DNA of 64,000 bases from Somniosus microcephalus (taxonomy: Eukaryota), in NCBI GenBank assembly GCA_052327205.1, contig CM126210.1:9858001-9922000 (forward strand), in the 5' to 3' direction. A program made the position numbers and the translations under genes. Under the pieces are notes generated by a model that saw only the letters and a list, made by a program, of their open reading frames with translations, was not told the origin of the DNA and did not search any database. Positions 1-13,577 of the stretch are shown here, in pieces. Within the stretch, counting starts at the first letter, position 1. Every line of letters starts with the position of its first letter.

Positions 1-1353
1 CCTTTATTTTGCTCGCCAGTGTTATTTCATGGCCCCTCCTCGCCCTCCTAATTTCTTTTTTAAGTACGCCCCTGCACTTTTTATACTCCTCTAGGGCTTC
101 TTCCGTCTTTAGTCTTTTGTAACTGCCAAAAGCCCCCCTTTTATTCCTAATGCATTTTTGTATATCCCTTGTCATCCAAGGTTCCCTTTGCTTGTTGGTC
201 CCACCCTTGACCTTTACAGGAACATGTTGGCGTTGTACTCTCTCTATTTCCCTTCTGAAAGTCTCCCACTGTTTTGATGTGGATTTTCCTATAAGTAGCT
301 GCTCCCAGTCCACTTTGGCCAGATCCTGCCTTATCATATTAAAATCAGCCTTCCCCCAATTTAGAACCCTTATTTCCGGGCCGTCTTTGTCCTTTTCCAT
401 GACCACCTTAAATCTCACCGAATTATGGTCACTGTCGCCAAAATGCTCTCCTACTGACACTTCCACCACTTGCCCGGCTACATTCCCTAGAATTAGGTCC
501 AGTACCGCCCCCTCTCTTGTAGGACTTTCTACATGTTGGCTCAAAAAGCTCTCCTGGATGCACTTTAAGAATTCTGCACCCTCTAAGCCTTTCACACTCT
601 GACTATCCCAATTTATATTGGGGAAGTTGAAATCCCCCACTATTATTACCCTATTATTTTCGCACTTTTCTTGAGATTTGCCTACATATCTGTTCCTCTA
701 TCTCCCCCTGACTGTTTGGGGGCCTATAGTACACTCCCAGCAAAGTGCTTGCCCCCTTTTTGTTTTTAAGTTCTACCCATATGGCCTCATTAGAGGAACC
801 CGCTAATATATCATCCCTCCTTACAGCAGTAATTGACTCCTTAATTAATATTGCAACACCCCCTCCCCTTTTACACCCCCCTCTGTCTCGCCTGAAGATT
901 CTATACCCCGGAATATTGAGCTGCCAGTCCTGACCCTCCCTCAACCATGTCTCCGTGATAGCAACAATATCGTACTCCCATGTGTTCAACAACAACTTCA
1001 GTTCATCCACCTTATTTGCAAGACTCCTTGCATTAAAATAAATGCCTTCCAGCCCTGCCAGATTCTCTTTTGCCTTCACATATTTGCTCTGCCTTCCCAG
1101 CTGACTTGTTTTTCCCTCTGTATTTGGCTGTAAATCACCCCCTACTATAGCTCCACTCTGTACCCCATCCCCCTGCCAAGTTAGTTTAAACCCCCCCCAG
1201 CAGTGCTAGCAAACCTCCCCGCAAGGATATTGGTTCCCCTCTGGTTCAGGTGTAAACCGTCCGACTTGTACAAGTCCCACCTTTTCCAGAAGCAGACCCA
1301 GTGATCCAGGAAACTAAAGCCCTCCCTCCTGCACCATCCCTTTAGCCACGCAT
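1..1353 (-). mobile_element. CR1 LINE, 5' part (end of ORF1 SGNH esterase plus ORF2 APE endonuclease), continuing off the left edge of the window
   Basis: ORF 654-1079 has APE motifs YFNARSLANK, AITETWL, RRDR..RGGGV and GVYYRPPN. Positions 1185-1350 on the minus strand translate to WLKGWCRREGFSFLDHW..DGLHLNQRGTNILAGRF, the CR1 ORF1 esterase C-terminus. Positions 1-220 match 60590-60805 (same subfamily). Confidence 0.9.
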
Positions 1354-4057
1354 ATCAGTTATTACTGAAATGTGGCTGAAAGAAAGGCAGGAACAGTAGC
1401 TCAACATTCCTGGTTACAGGGTTGTCAGACAAGATAGGGAGGGGGATAAAAAAGATGGGGGGGTTCGCAATATTAGTTAAAGAAACAATTACAGCTGTGA
1501 ACAGGGATGATATGTTAGAAAGATCATCAAATGAGGCCATATGGGTTGAACTGAAGAACAATAAAGGGGCAATCACAATGCTGGGCGTGTACTATAGACC
1601 CCCAAATAGTCAGAGGGAGACAGAAGAATAAATATGTAAGCAAATTTCTGAGAAGTGCAAAAACAATATGGCAGTAATAGTAGGGGATTTCAACTACCCT
1701 AATGTTAACTGGGATAGAATCAGTGTAAAAGGTATAGAGAGTGCAGAATTCTTAAAATGCATTAAGGAGAACATTTTTAGCCAGTACGTAGCAAGCCCAA
1801 CAAGAGAGGGTGTGGTTCTGGACTTGGTTTTAGGGAATGAAGCAGGGCAGGTGGAAGGGGGGAAATCAGTGGGAGAGCATTTTGGTGGCAGTGATCATAA
1901 TTCAGTTAGATTTAGCGTAGTTATGAAAGAAGACAAAGAGTAAATGTTCTCAATTGGAAAAGTGGACTGGAAACAGCTACTTGAAAGTAAATCAGTGTCA
2001 AAGCAGTGGGAGGCATTGAAGGAGGAGATAGTGAGGGTTCAGAGCAAATATGTTCCCACAAAGAAAAAGGGTGGGACTCCCAAATCTAGAGCCCCCCCTG
2101 GATGTCAAGGGATATACAGGATAGGATAAGGTAAATAAGGGAAGCTTATGTCAGATACCGAGAGCTAAATACTGCAGAAAGCCTAGAGGAGTATAGAAAG
2201 TACAGGGGTAAAATTAAAGGAAATTAGGAAAGCAAAGGGAGGGCATGCAAAAATATTGGCAAGCAAAATCAAGGAAAACCCAAAGATGATTTATAAATAC
2301 ATAAAAAGAACAAGAGGATAACTAAAGAAAGAGCAGGGCCTATTAGAGACAAAAGAGGTAACCTGTGTGTTGAGGCAGAAGACGTGGGTATGGTTCTTAA
2401 TGAATACTTTGCAGCTGTCTTCACAAAAGAGAGGGACAATGCGGACATTGTAATTGAAGAGGAGGAGTGTAAAATATTAGAGGAGATAAACATAGTGAGA
2501 GAGGAAGTATCAAGGGGTTTAACATCTTTGAAAGTAGATAAATCACCAGGCCCGGATGAAATGTATCCCAAGCTATTAAGAGAAGCAAGGGAGGCTCTGA
2601 CCATAATTTTCCAATCCTCTCTGGCTACAGGTGTGGTATTTGAGAACTGCTAACTATGTACCATTGTTTAAGGGAGAAACCAAGTAATTACAGGCCAGTC
2701 AGCCTAACCTCATTGGTGGGCAAATTATTGGAAAACATTTCGAGGGACAGTATTAATCGTCATTTAGAAAGGCACGGATTAATCAAGGACAGTCAGCATG
2801 AATTTGTTAAGGATGGGTCGTTTAACTAACTTGATTGAATTTTTTGAGGAGGTAACGAGGAGGATCGATGAGGGTAGCGTGTTTGATGCAGTCTACATAG
2901 ATTTTAGCAAAATTTTGACAAGGTCCCACATGGCAGACTGGTCAGAAAAGTAAAGGGAAAGTGGCAAGTTGGATCCAAAATTGGCTCAGTGGCAGGAAGC
3001 AAAGGATAATGGTTGACGGGTATTTTTGTGACTGGAAGGCTGTTTCCAGTGGGGTTCCGCAGGGCTCAGTACTAGGTCCCTTGCTTTTTGTGGTATACAT
3101 CAATGATTTAGACTTCAATGTAGGGGGCATGATTAAGAAGTTTGCAGATGACACAAAAATTGGCCATGTGGTTGATAGTGAGGAAGAAAGCTGTAGAATG
3201 CAGAAAGAAAGAGGTCAATGGACTGGTCAGGTGGGCAGAAAAGTGGCATATGGAATTCAATCCGGAGAAGTGTGAGGTAATGCATTTGGGGAGGGCTAAC
3301 AAGACAAGCGAATACACAATAAATGGTAGGATACTGAGAAGTGTAGAGGAACAGAGAGACCTTGGAGTGCATGTACACAGATCCCTAAAGGTAGCATGAC
3401 AGATAGATAAGGTGGTTAAGAAGGCATACAGGATACTTTCCTTTATTAGTCGAGGCATAGAATGTAAGAGCAGGGAGGTTATGCTTGAACTGTATAAGAC
3501 ACTAGTTAGGCCACAGCTAGAGTACTACGTACAGTTCTGGTCATCACATTACAGGAAAGATGCGATTGCACTAGAGAGAGTACAGAGGAGATTTACGAGG
3601 ATGTTGCCAGGACTGGAAAATTTTAGCTATGAGGAAAGATTGGATAAGCTGGGGTTGTTTTCTTTGGAACAGAGGAGGCTAAGGGGAGACTTAATTAAGG
3701 TGTATAAAATTATGAGACACCTAAATAGAGTGGATAGGAAGGACCTATTTCCTTTAGCAGAGAGGTCAATAACCCAGGGGCATAGATTTAAAGTAATTGG
3801 TAGAAGGATTAGAGGGGAGTTGAGGAGAACATTTTTCACCCAGAGGGTGGTGGGGGTCTGGAACTCACTGCCTGAAAGGGTGATAGAGGCAGAAACCCTC
3901 ATTACATTTAAAAGGTACTGGGATTTGCACTTGAAGTGCTGTAACCTACAGGGCTACGGACCAAGAGCTAGAAAGTGGGATTAGGTTGGATAGCTCTTTT
4001 TCGGCTGGCAGACATGATGGGCCGAATTGCCTCCTTCTGTGCCGTAAATTTGTATAA
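1354..4057 (+). mobile_element. CR1 LINE ORF2 (APE + RT), 5'-truncated and degraded
   Basis: Fragmented ORFs contain [34 protein letters not shown] and RPQLEY. A CR1 3' UTR follows at about 3985-4057. There are multiple stops and frameshifts. Confidence 0.92.
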
Positions 4058-4479
4058 TAAGCGTTCTACCACTCAAATCTGCTTCGGATTTATGATCTTA
4101 AGAATCTGGCGAAGATATTTGCTCATTGACCTGGATAACACTAATTTTACAAAGGGACTTCGCTTAATAGATGATATTGAATATGATACACCATGGCTAA
4201 AAATACCTGAAATGTCAATTTATACTTAAAAGACAATAGACCAAATCAAATTGGCCATTTCTTCAGGTACTGAAAAGCATGGGCTTTAGGTCGACGTTCT
4301 GTGCCATTCGGTTATCTTTACTTTTTATTCTACCTTGGAAAAATAACTCCAATTAGGCAATAATTTGTGAGTATACCATAAAAAAAGCAGCAGATAGCAT
4401 CACTTAAACGTTGCTGTTCATTAACTCACCACTAATATTCTCGAAGCGATGAATAAATGATGTTTAAAAAGGCATGTCT

Positions 4480-5080
4480 ATTTCAGGAATTCAGGAGAAA
4501 GTTCTTTACTCAGAATGTGGAACTCACTACCACACGGAGTGTTTGAGGTGATTAGCATAGATGCATTTATGAGGAAGCTAGATAAGTACAGAAGGGAGAA
4601 AGGAATAAAAGGTTAAGGGGTGATTTGATTGAATTTTTTTAGCATTTTGAAAGGAATTGATAGGGGTAGATGGAGAGAAACTATTTCCGCTGATGGGAGA
4701 GTCTAGGACAAGGGGACATAACCTTAAATTCAGAGCCAGGCCATTCGGGAGAAGTTAGGAAACACTCCTTCATGCAAAGTGTGGAACACTCTCCCACAAA
4801 AAGCAGTAGATGCTAGCTTAGTTAATAATTTTTAATCTGAGATTCATAATATCCTTGGCGAGCAAAAATCTTGAGATATGGAGCCAAGGCAGATATACTG
4901 AGTTAGGATACACAACAGCCATGATCTCACTGAATGGCAAAACTGGCTCGAGGGGCTGAATGGCCTACTCCTGTTCCTAGGATATGCTGATACGGTGAGA
5001 TGAAGTAAGGTGGAAGGAGGCTCCTGTGGAGCATAAACACCAGCATAGACCTGTTTCTATGCTGTAAAATTCTATGTAAT
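4480..5080 (+). mobile_element. Two nested old CR1 3'-end fragments
   Basis: CR1 C-terminal motifs (ttctttactcag..tggaactcact) and a 3' stem-loop 'ggctcgaggggctgaatggcctactcctgttcct' at about 4945-4980, sitting inside a second CR1 tail. Confidence 0.7.
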
Positions 5081-5354
5081 TTCAAAATCCTGTAGCTCTA
5101 GCGCAAACATTTACTGATTCTTTTGAGATTTTTTTTACTAATTCTCGTGCACATAATGGGAAAAAGCAACAATGTGGAAAACAAAACTAGCATTCTAACC
5201 AGTCTTTTCACTCATAGACCCCTGGATCTTTGCTACAAGGTACTAGTTTAAAAAAAAATGTTGTCATATAATATTCACAAATCTTCAAATTGGAAACAAT
5301 TAGGAGTTTTTTTTTTGTAAAGAGAGCTACAAAATAAAGAAACCAAAAACTTAC

Positions 5355-5429
5355 CCCTTTAACTCCTTTTAGATCTCCCTTCAGTAAGCTATCCAGAGGA
5401 AAAGTGATGATATTGTTCATATTCTGAAT
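5355..5429 (-). CDS. ASAP2: ASAP2 coding exon (human exon 4 equivalent, 75 nt), BAR domain
   Basis: Translates [25 protein letters not shown], nearly identical to human ASAP2 as recalled. AG acceptor at 5430-5431 and GTAAGT donor at 5349-5354; phase 0/0. Confidence 0.95.
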
Positions 5430-7142
5430 CTGTATGGTGATAAATATCAATTTCATTTCTGATGTTTAAAAAAACTCCACAATTATAGCAGTTCTCAGCA
5501 AGCCCTTCTTGCATACTACCATTATGGAACATCCATGCAAATGATACAATGTTGTACAATGCCTCAGTAGTTGCGTAATGTAACCATGCTAATGAACCAT
5601 TTTGGATGAATTACTTGATTTGCAGGATTTAAAAAGAAAAATGTAGTTTCCTAGGAACGATTTGCACAATTTGAAGCTGGTTTGTTCTTGTTAATTAGTT
5701 CTTTTTCAACTATTAAATGCATTTGGAAGTAATGACGTAAGGATTTGATGGGAGGTGAATGGAAGAATTGTAGACCAAAACTATTGTTTGAATTTCGTGG
5801 TGAACCCATGCACATTTGGAAAAAAAGCTTCCACTATCAAAGGGGGGAAAAAAATGGTTTGAGATGGATCCTTTCAGGGAAAAGGGTTTCTTTCATATTT
5901 CAACAAGCTGGATTATGGAAATTGTACTTATAATTTGAAAATGTTTGATGTGCAAGTATGTAGAAGGTTTGTTTTCGCTCCCTCACACACCCATACTCGC
6001 ACCATATTCTAAGTCAAAGAGTTAAAAAGCTACAACATACATGATAACTTAGGCGTCCCAGGTCTCCTGCCTCTTTCTGCTGCAGTTATGGCCGTGCGGC
6101 ACCCAGACACAGGGGTGCCCCTAGAAAACGGCATGGAGTTTGCACTAAGATACCCAGAAGCAAGCTAAAAAGGATCAAACATCTCCTTGCACAGCACAGC
6201 AGTTTTTGGTGGCTGCTCTCTAACACGGCCTGGATGCATCTCTGGTGTCAAAGATCTGGGACAGGAAATCCTGCTGCATCTGGGCCTTGACAGGTTCCCG
6301 TCCAGCACTGAGGCAAAGGGGAAACCAGGAAAATCATCCCTTAAAAGTCACGTGATCCACTTATTGCACAATTTTAAGAAATAATCCAGTGTTCCACACC
6401 ACAGTAACATTCAGTTTGTGTGCAGAGTTTACAGTTTACTTGGGAAAGGCATCAAGACTTAGTATTTCACCAAGAATTATTTACTGTGAGCTTTATGAGG
6501 CATGTGTGGGGTGCTGCTAACTTAATGCCTGGTCAGACATCAAGTACTGCCTCCAATCACATACATGGTGTCACTTTCCTTAAGGTCTTTAAAAATATAA
6601 TGCTGAGAAAGATGGAATAAGATGTTTTTACCTAGTTACACCCTTTCTACCCACAGGGAATGCCTTTCTGTACATCCTTCACCCACAATCAGATAAGGAT
6701 CCATTCCATAATTATTTCACCATTGTTTATCGCAAACGGGATCTGCAGTTACTACTGTGCTAGACTTATTTGTCCCATTACTCAGTCCTGAGAGCTGAAG
6801 CCTACCTCCTGACATACAGCCGTAGAAGGTAAAATGGAATTGTGCCAGATCCAGAAATGGTGCTCACTGTAAGGCCTTGAAGATAATCTACTTGGATGCT
6901 GTGAATGTCTCCCTCACACTTAGAAAACCTGATGATGTCCATCACTTAGTTTTTTTTACTCCTGATTTGTTAATTGATGGCTGCAGCTTTAAGTGCTAGA
7001 AAATGATTTCCAGTGATCCTCTGTCACTAGAAAATTTAGTTCCACAACCTGGTTAACAACGATTGCAATATAAAATAGTTTCTTTGTGGGTTAGTCAGTG
7101 TCAGCTGGTGCCAATAAAATACAAAGAGATATAAACAGGGAT

Positions 7143-7233
7143 TTCCAAACAGGAATCACCATTTGACCTCAACACCAAAGCAGTACACACCACTGATTTT
7201 GTGTTGAAGTTGACTGGTGACTCCTGTTTGGAA
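7143..7233. repeat. Imperfect palindrome/hairpin (42-bp arms, 7-nt loop)
   Basis: 7143-7184 is the reverse complement of 7192-7233 at 35 of 42 positions. Confidence 0.85.
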
Positions 7234-7649
7234 GCTACATTTCAGTCAGCTTAATACAGGTAAAAACAGAGCAGTTGGGGCTAGCACTTGCCTCATCATA
7301 TGTTCCATAGTAGCTTTTTCCTTGTTTTTCTCTGAAAATAATAGTTCACAGGCTCTTCTGTACAGCTCATAATACTTTCAATGCAGAGATATTTCCCGGG
7401 GATGTCATCAGTCCTCACATAGCGGATCCATTATCCAATATGAATAGCGCTTTACTGGTCTTTCCAGTATGCAGCATACACATAACCCAACAGCTGATTG
7501 CCTTGGAAACTTGAACGCACTGCTTTCCCAAATTCTGTTGTAATTATTTTATACATTCTATTTTGATCAAATATATACAGGACTACAGTATGCATAATTA
7601 TAACTGTTCAAGAATTTAGATGCACAGGGATACAAGTTTATAGCCTTAC

Positions 7650-7795
7650 CAGATTTTTGAAAAGTGCAGTTAACTCTTTTGTGAAGACAGCAAACTTCAG
7701 AAAAGCTGTGCCTAGATCAGGATCATCACGGCAGACATAGTTACCGCCAAACTTCTCTAGTGCTTGTGTGTACTGTTCTTCATTTTCTACATGGC
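7650..7795 (-). CDS. ASAP2: ASAP2 coding exon (human exon 3 equivalent, 146 nt), BAR domain
   Basis: Translates (G)[48 protein letters not shown]. Polypyrimidine tract plus AG at 7796-7797 and GTAAGG donor at 7644-7649. Phase 1/0 fits the 73-nt upstream exon. Confidence 0.96.
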
Positions 7796-8551
7796 CTGCA
7801 CAGAAAGAAAACTATTCACAAAACAGTAATTTCCATTCAGTCTGTGACATTGCAACAGTGACCTCAGCTACTTATTACTAAATCTGGGCAGTTCAGCATT
7901 AAAACATGTAATTATCTTTAACAAAGTAACAGTCACATCAGTGGAACAGACATGAAGCTACAAAAATAAAATTATTGCATTTCATTGCATTATTTTAAAT
8001 GATCCAATCTGATGAAAATTAAAAAATCCCTGATCCCAAGTGCAGTTGCATTAAGTTCAAGACATGAGAAACCCAACAAAAAACCACTATTAACAAGGTA
8101 TAAAATAAATGACAGTTCATTTAAAATCTCATTCCTTAATTTTGGCATTTCTATGAATGTAATTATCAATATTAAAAATCTTACATCTGTAGGCACTTAC
8201 GTCAATTTTGCATGTTCATATGTTCCGGTTAGCTTTTTCATTACAAATTCTTATTTCCACATTTGTAATGGAAACTGTCTATGAAAACTCGCCACTCTGT
8301 AACTACCTCCTCTCCCCACAGAGGTGCTGCAGCAGGAGGATGCAATTACAGCTTAACAAGTTTAAATTTACAGTTTACGCCATAAATGTGGGCATAGGAA
8401 TTTATAATGGAATATAAAAATGACTTCAAAATAACAAATGCATTACATCCACATGCCCTAGTCCAATTATCACCCACGCTCTAATACCACTTTGCCCGAG
8501 GACTACTCTTGGTTTAGATTCTCCGCGTGCAAAGCCATGGGATAGCAACTA

Positions 8552-8786
8552 ATCACAGAATCCCCACAGTGCAGATAGAGGCCATTTCGGCCCATCGAGC
8601 CTGCACCGACACATATCCCACCCGATCCCCGTAACCCCTACACCAACACATATCCCACCCTATCCCCGTAACCCCACGTATTTAATCCCCCTAACACTAA
8701 GGGTCAATTTATCATAGCCAATCAACCTAACCCCCACATCTTTGGACTGTGGGAGGAAACCGGAGCACCCGGAGGAAACCCACCCA
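8552..8786 (-). mobile_element. HE1-like (V-SINE) SINE, 5'-truncated
   Basis: Reverse complement of the V-domain 'gggtttcctccgggtgctccggtttcctcccacagtccaaagatg' plus a CR1-like 3' tail; matches 14476-14770. Confidence 0.85.
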
Positions 8787-8988
8787 TGTAAAAGCAATGA
8801 TATTTCCTACAATCAGACAGTAAATTAAATTGCAATATCACTCCTTACCAAATCAAACAATTGCTACACAAGTAGATACCCATCAGTTTTAAATTCTGGT
8901 GTAAACATACAAACAAACCAATCTCTAATTAAGGGTAAATCATTCTGGCCTTGAAATTGCACCATGGGACATAAGGATACAAATGCTA

Positions 8989-9806
8989 AGGGCAGGATTT
9001 TCATTGGGCCGTTGAGGCAGGATTGGAGGCACGTGGGGGGTTAAAATCTCGAAATCGGGGGGCACGAACCCATCTCGCCCCCAACCCGCCTCCATGCCAG
9101 TTTCAAAGGAGGCGGATACTCGACCTGTGCTGGGAGCCGCCTCCCCGAGGCAGGAAGGGGATTAATGCCAATTAACTGCCTGTTAACAGGTAGTTAGGCA
9201 GTTTTTAGCCTAATCCCTATTTTTATTGCTGAAGTGTGGGATTCCCGACGGCTCCAAACCACGCCAAGTTAGCGAAGCGGACCGTCGGGCTGAAGGGCTT
9301 GGAGGGTTCCAGATGTCCGGTGTTCAGGAGAGTGATGAGTGCAGAGGTAAGTGTGTTTGGTGTGTGTAAAGTATTTAAAGACGTTTTACTTACATTTACA
9401 GCCTTCCTTCCTTCAGGTCTCGGGAGTCCCTCATCTCACCGGCACAGAAAGCAGAATGGCCGTGAGAATGGTCAAAAGTTGCAGCATTCAGCTTTCTGTT
9501 CTGGAGAGATCGCTAAATCAGCCTGAGAGGAAGGAATTAACTTAGTGTACAGATTGTCAGTGTTTGACAGCTTCAAAAAGCTGTCAAACACTGATATTTC
9601 ATTTGTCAAAAGCTCTTGACAGATGAAATGTCAATCTGTGACGTCACCTGTTGCCGGGTGGCCCTTAATTGGCCTGCTGAGCAGACTCAACAAGGTCAAT
9701 CAAGTGAAAATCGCGTGGGTTGGCCACAACTCTATGGAGGCGGGACTACAACCCCGAAAGTTGTAGTCCCGCCTCCTACACGCCTCCAGTATCAAAATCC
9801 AGCCCT
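8989..9806. mobile_element. PIF/Harbinger-type MITE (family A)
   Basis: TIRs agggcaggatttt / aaaatccagccct with TAA/TTA-like flanks. The internal sequence is the reverse complement of 53461-54300. Confidence 0.75.
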
Positions 9807-10193
9807 TAGTGTTCATCTGAATTTACTTATAGCAGGAGCTTTAACCCATTTGAATGACTTGTTCTGCACTGCTAGCATTTTATGTTTTTATTTCAAACTT
9901 CCATTTATTTTAAATGAGTTAACAGTTTGGCTAAATTAGTGGAGAGGAAATTCAAAAAAAAATTAAGTGTTCATATAGTAATATCCTATGGTGGAATTTC
10001 AAGGCCGTAACCTTTTGTACAGGTCATCTCCACACTTGGGTTTGTTACTGCATTGTAAGATACTCCAGACTGCACTATCCTTTATAATACGATGATTAAC
10101 TGGTTGTGAATGTCTAGTTTTGCTATTTCTATTTCAGACTTTTAGCATTCACAGTTCCTTTAATCTCAATTACAAATCATATTTACAAATCTA

Positions 10194-10556
10194 AGGGTTG
10201 GATTTTCCAAGCCCCGAGGAGGCGGGCATGGAGGCGGGACAGCCAGTAAACTTGGAGAAAGTGAGGGCGGATGGCAAAGCCACCCCCATCCCGCCTCCGT
10301 GCCCTTTTGCCAGGAGGCGGGAAGATGTGCAGCTTCGGGTCCCGTCTCCTGGAGGCGGGAAAGGCATATAATCCTTTTGACGTGATCTGTCAGTGACTTC
10401 CTCCCTAAATTGGCCTGCTGAGCCCGCAGGGCGGGCTTAACAAGCTCAATCAGGGGAAAATCCCTCTGGTTGGTCAGGCGAGGATGGAGGCTGGACATTG
10501 ACACGACAAGCAGCAGTCCTGCCTCCAACTCACCTCCATTCACAAAATCCAGCCCC
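10194..10556. mobile_element. PIF/Harbinger-type MITE (short)
   Basis: Ends gggttggatttt / aaaatccagccc with a GC-rich non-coding interior. Confidence 0.7.
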
Positions 10557-11054
10557 AAATGTCTATCTTCCACAGCCCTACCAGCAATGGATTCACTGTG
10601 TTCCATACATCATCATCTTCTATATTTATAAATGTTCAATCCTGTTCTTTAATTGAGACATTAACTACCAATGTTGGGACTTTAGTTTACATATCCACTA
10701 CTCGAGTCTTGCCAACATAACCTAAACAGATATGATGCTTGCACAACACCCTCAAGGATACTACAACACACTACACTATGAAGTGAATGGATGCAGGGTT
10801 GCATCTGCAATTCCCCACTGAATTCCTGATTATAATCATCATGTACTGTTAACAGTTGTTATGTAAAGGGCCAGAGGCACATGAAGCAGTATTCAACCAA
10901 GGGCCAACAGGGAAGTGGGCCCCAAATGGCATTCAAGCATATTATGAATATCATTGCACTACAGGTATATGGGAAAATTTCTAATCTCTCTTTTTACATA
11001 AACCTGCTAATTTTGCACTTGTGTCCATTAGCCTTGCTATCACAGAAAGAAAAA

Positions 11055-11480
11055 AATAAACTGAATTTGTATAGTATCTTTCACATCCTCAAGATGTTTC
11101 AAAATGCTTCACAGACAATGAATGTGAAGTTGATTCCACATTATTGTGTAGGCACTCCCAACAGCCAATTTTTGTGCACAGCAAACTACACAGGGAGCAA
11201 TAGGACAAATGGCCAGTTAATCGGCTTCTTGCGGTATTGGTTGTGGGCGAAATGTTAGACAGGACACTGGGAGAACGCTCCTACTCGTCTTTAAATAGTG
11301 AACAAGTAGACGGGGCCTCAATTTTAACATCTAATCCAGAAGATGGCCCCTTTGACAATGTAGCATTTCCTCAGTACTGCATGGAGTCGGTATAGACTTT
11401 GTGCTCCAGTGACTGGAGTGAGGCTTGAACCCAGAATCATTTGATTCAGAGGTCAAGAGTGTTATGACTGAGCCAAACTG
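11055..11480 (-). mobile_element. Deu-domain SINE (SacSINE1/AmnSINE-like)
   Basis: tRNA-like head on the minus strand (tggctcagt...gggttcaagcc), then the Deu core 'cagtactgaggaaatgctacattgtc...gatgttaaa..gaggccccgtct'. Similar to 20510-20922. Confidence 0.7.
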
Positions 11481-11609
11481 ATACTTGAATGAAAAAATGG
11501 GCAGGAAAAGGATGATGAATGGGTGATAGTAGCTCAGGGTTACAGTATTAATATGGAAATACATGAAGTAATCAAAATAAAATCAAGGAACTAGAGAACA
11601 CCAATTAAA

Positions 11610-12320
11610 ATGGAGGATATAATGTTGTAGCCTTGAAAGAAACCGCTTCAGCCAGGGAGAGATTGGAAATGAAATATTTCTGCTTTTAAAATTTTCAGGA
11701 GAGGTACAGAAGGAAAAAAGGGAGAAAGATGCACTTATTAATTAAGGTCATGATTACAGCAATAAAAAGGAGTTTTAATTGACGGTTGTACTCAGACGGT
11801 TCCTGTCTGGGTTAAGTTTAATAATCATAATAAATGGGTCTGTTACCATATAGAGAATATACTATAGACTACCAAACAGCGGAAATGCAATGGAGGTTGA
11901 GATTTGTAGGCAATTTGGCGATGCTTTCAGTCATAACAGAGTTGTAATACTGAGGAACTTTAATTATCCCAAAATAGAATGGAATTAGGCAAAAGTTTGA
12001 GGTCAAAATAGGGAGCAGTCCTTAGAATTCATCCACAACTGCTTTTTTTCAAATCAGCATTGCATGACCAACCAAGAATGAGGCAGTGTTAGATCTGGTT
12101 CGAAGTCGAGAAAGCAACCTAAAAATAGAGAGAACGTGTGAAAAATAAATTGGCAATAACCTCATTAGATTCACTTTGAAAACAGATGATGAAAAAGGGG
12201 AATCAAAGATAAATTTGTTATGACTGGAAATTTCAGTGCGATGAATGCAATTTAGCCCAGATTAATTGGTTGGAAAATAGATCAAACAGCAGACCAGCAG
12301 TGGGTGATTTTTCAGTGCAA
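11610..12320 (+). mobile_element. Old CR1 APE-region fragment
   Basis: Degenerate YYRLPNS (tactatagactaccaaacag) and GNFNYP-like (ggaactttaattatccc) motifs. Confidence 0.65.
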
Positions 12321-13577
12321 TATGACCAAGTCCTCCCCTTCTCCACCCTCCATAAACCTCAGCTCATCCAAAACAATGCTGTCCATATCCTATCCCACAC
12401 CAAGTCCCGCTCATACAACACACCCATCCTTCTTGACCTACACTGGCTGTCGTCCCAAGACCGCAAATTAAAAATTCTGATTGTAACACGAGCCCACTGC
12501 TTCCCACAGCATTTATGTAAAAAGTATAGAATTTGTGGTTGATACACAAAAATTAAAATTTTAAGTAATGAAAACCAATACCACATTCTACAATATAGCA
12601 TGGCTGCCTGTGTCCTGAATTCACCTCGTGTACATTCAGTCCAGTTTCTCAGCAATGATACAACATTGCAACTGCAAATGTACAATCGCACATGGATGCA
12701 CAGTTGTTCAAACTTAACACTGATAACTGAGATTAATCTAACCAGTCAGAATAAAATGATATGGTGGCAACGGCTGTCAATTATATTTACCACCAAAGCA
12801 CTTTTACCTCCGGAGACAGAAAGCAAAACAACATTGGGAGGTAAAATTCTGCACCTCCAGAGGCCTCGTGCTACTTCAAGAGGATAAAATAAATATTTTT
12901 TCTTACATCCATGATTTTGTCTCCCTCTAGATGGTTATTTATTCTGAGTTACAGTTCCACAAAAGGCAACATCATTCTGTTACTTTGCAAAAATTGACAT
13001 TCATCAAGCTTGGATAGTGTGTACTCGCTGCTTATTCAACTGTGGAGGCCATCAGACCAAAGCCTAATTCTGTTTCCACTTGTTATATGTACATATTTCC
13101 AACAGAGTGACAGAATAATGATCAGACACTAGGATGCTTTACCTTAGAGTGCTGCTGTAAACTAAACAAAGTGGCACCAGGCTGCCAGAGTGTACGAGAT
13201 CCAGCTTAAGAGATTTTCGTGAACACCCCCAGAGGTAGCGCAGCATCAATGGTACTGTAGTATAAAAATTTAAAAATCAAAAGAACAGGGAGTGCTATTT
13301 TCTGGCTGCCAGTAGGCTGAGGATCCCACTCATGTAAGCCAGTAATTCATTTTTCCAGTCACTTCCATAACCATAGGGAAATTAGAACAGCTAACAGAGA
13401 AAAAAAAATCACAAACCTCTGGGTGCTGAAGGGAGAGAATTGGCATCTAATCATTAGTTTCCAAAGAAAAAGGTTACGCCCACAGTGTCCGCAAGAGCAC
13501 AGAAGGATGAACAAAAACAATTTTAAAAGGCTGTAATGGGCAGGGAATGCGCACCATATGGTTCATCATCTATGCCT

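Noticed and set aside
1340-1370. Head-to-head CR1 junction as a twin-priming product
   Set aside because: The two CR1s are different subfamilies and both cover the APE region, so independent insertions explain it better.
4057-5354. Search for the next ASAP2 exon (DLKKPFDKAWKDYETK)
   Set aside because: No matching sequence with splice sites was seen; it presumably lies beyond the left edge of the window.
5208-5456. 82-aa ORF as a standalone gene
   Set aside because: Only 5355-5429 matches ASAP2 and it is bounded by splice sites; the rest is intronic read-through.
11420-11480. tRNA-like A/B boxes (also at about 14476 and 20870-20920) as tRNA genes
   Set aside because: They are SINE heads with no complete cloverleaf, and they continue directly into SINE bodies.
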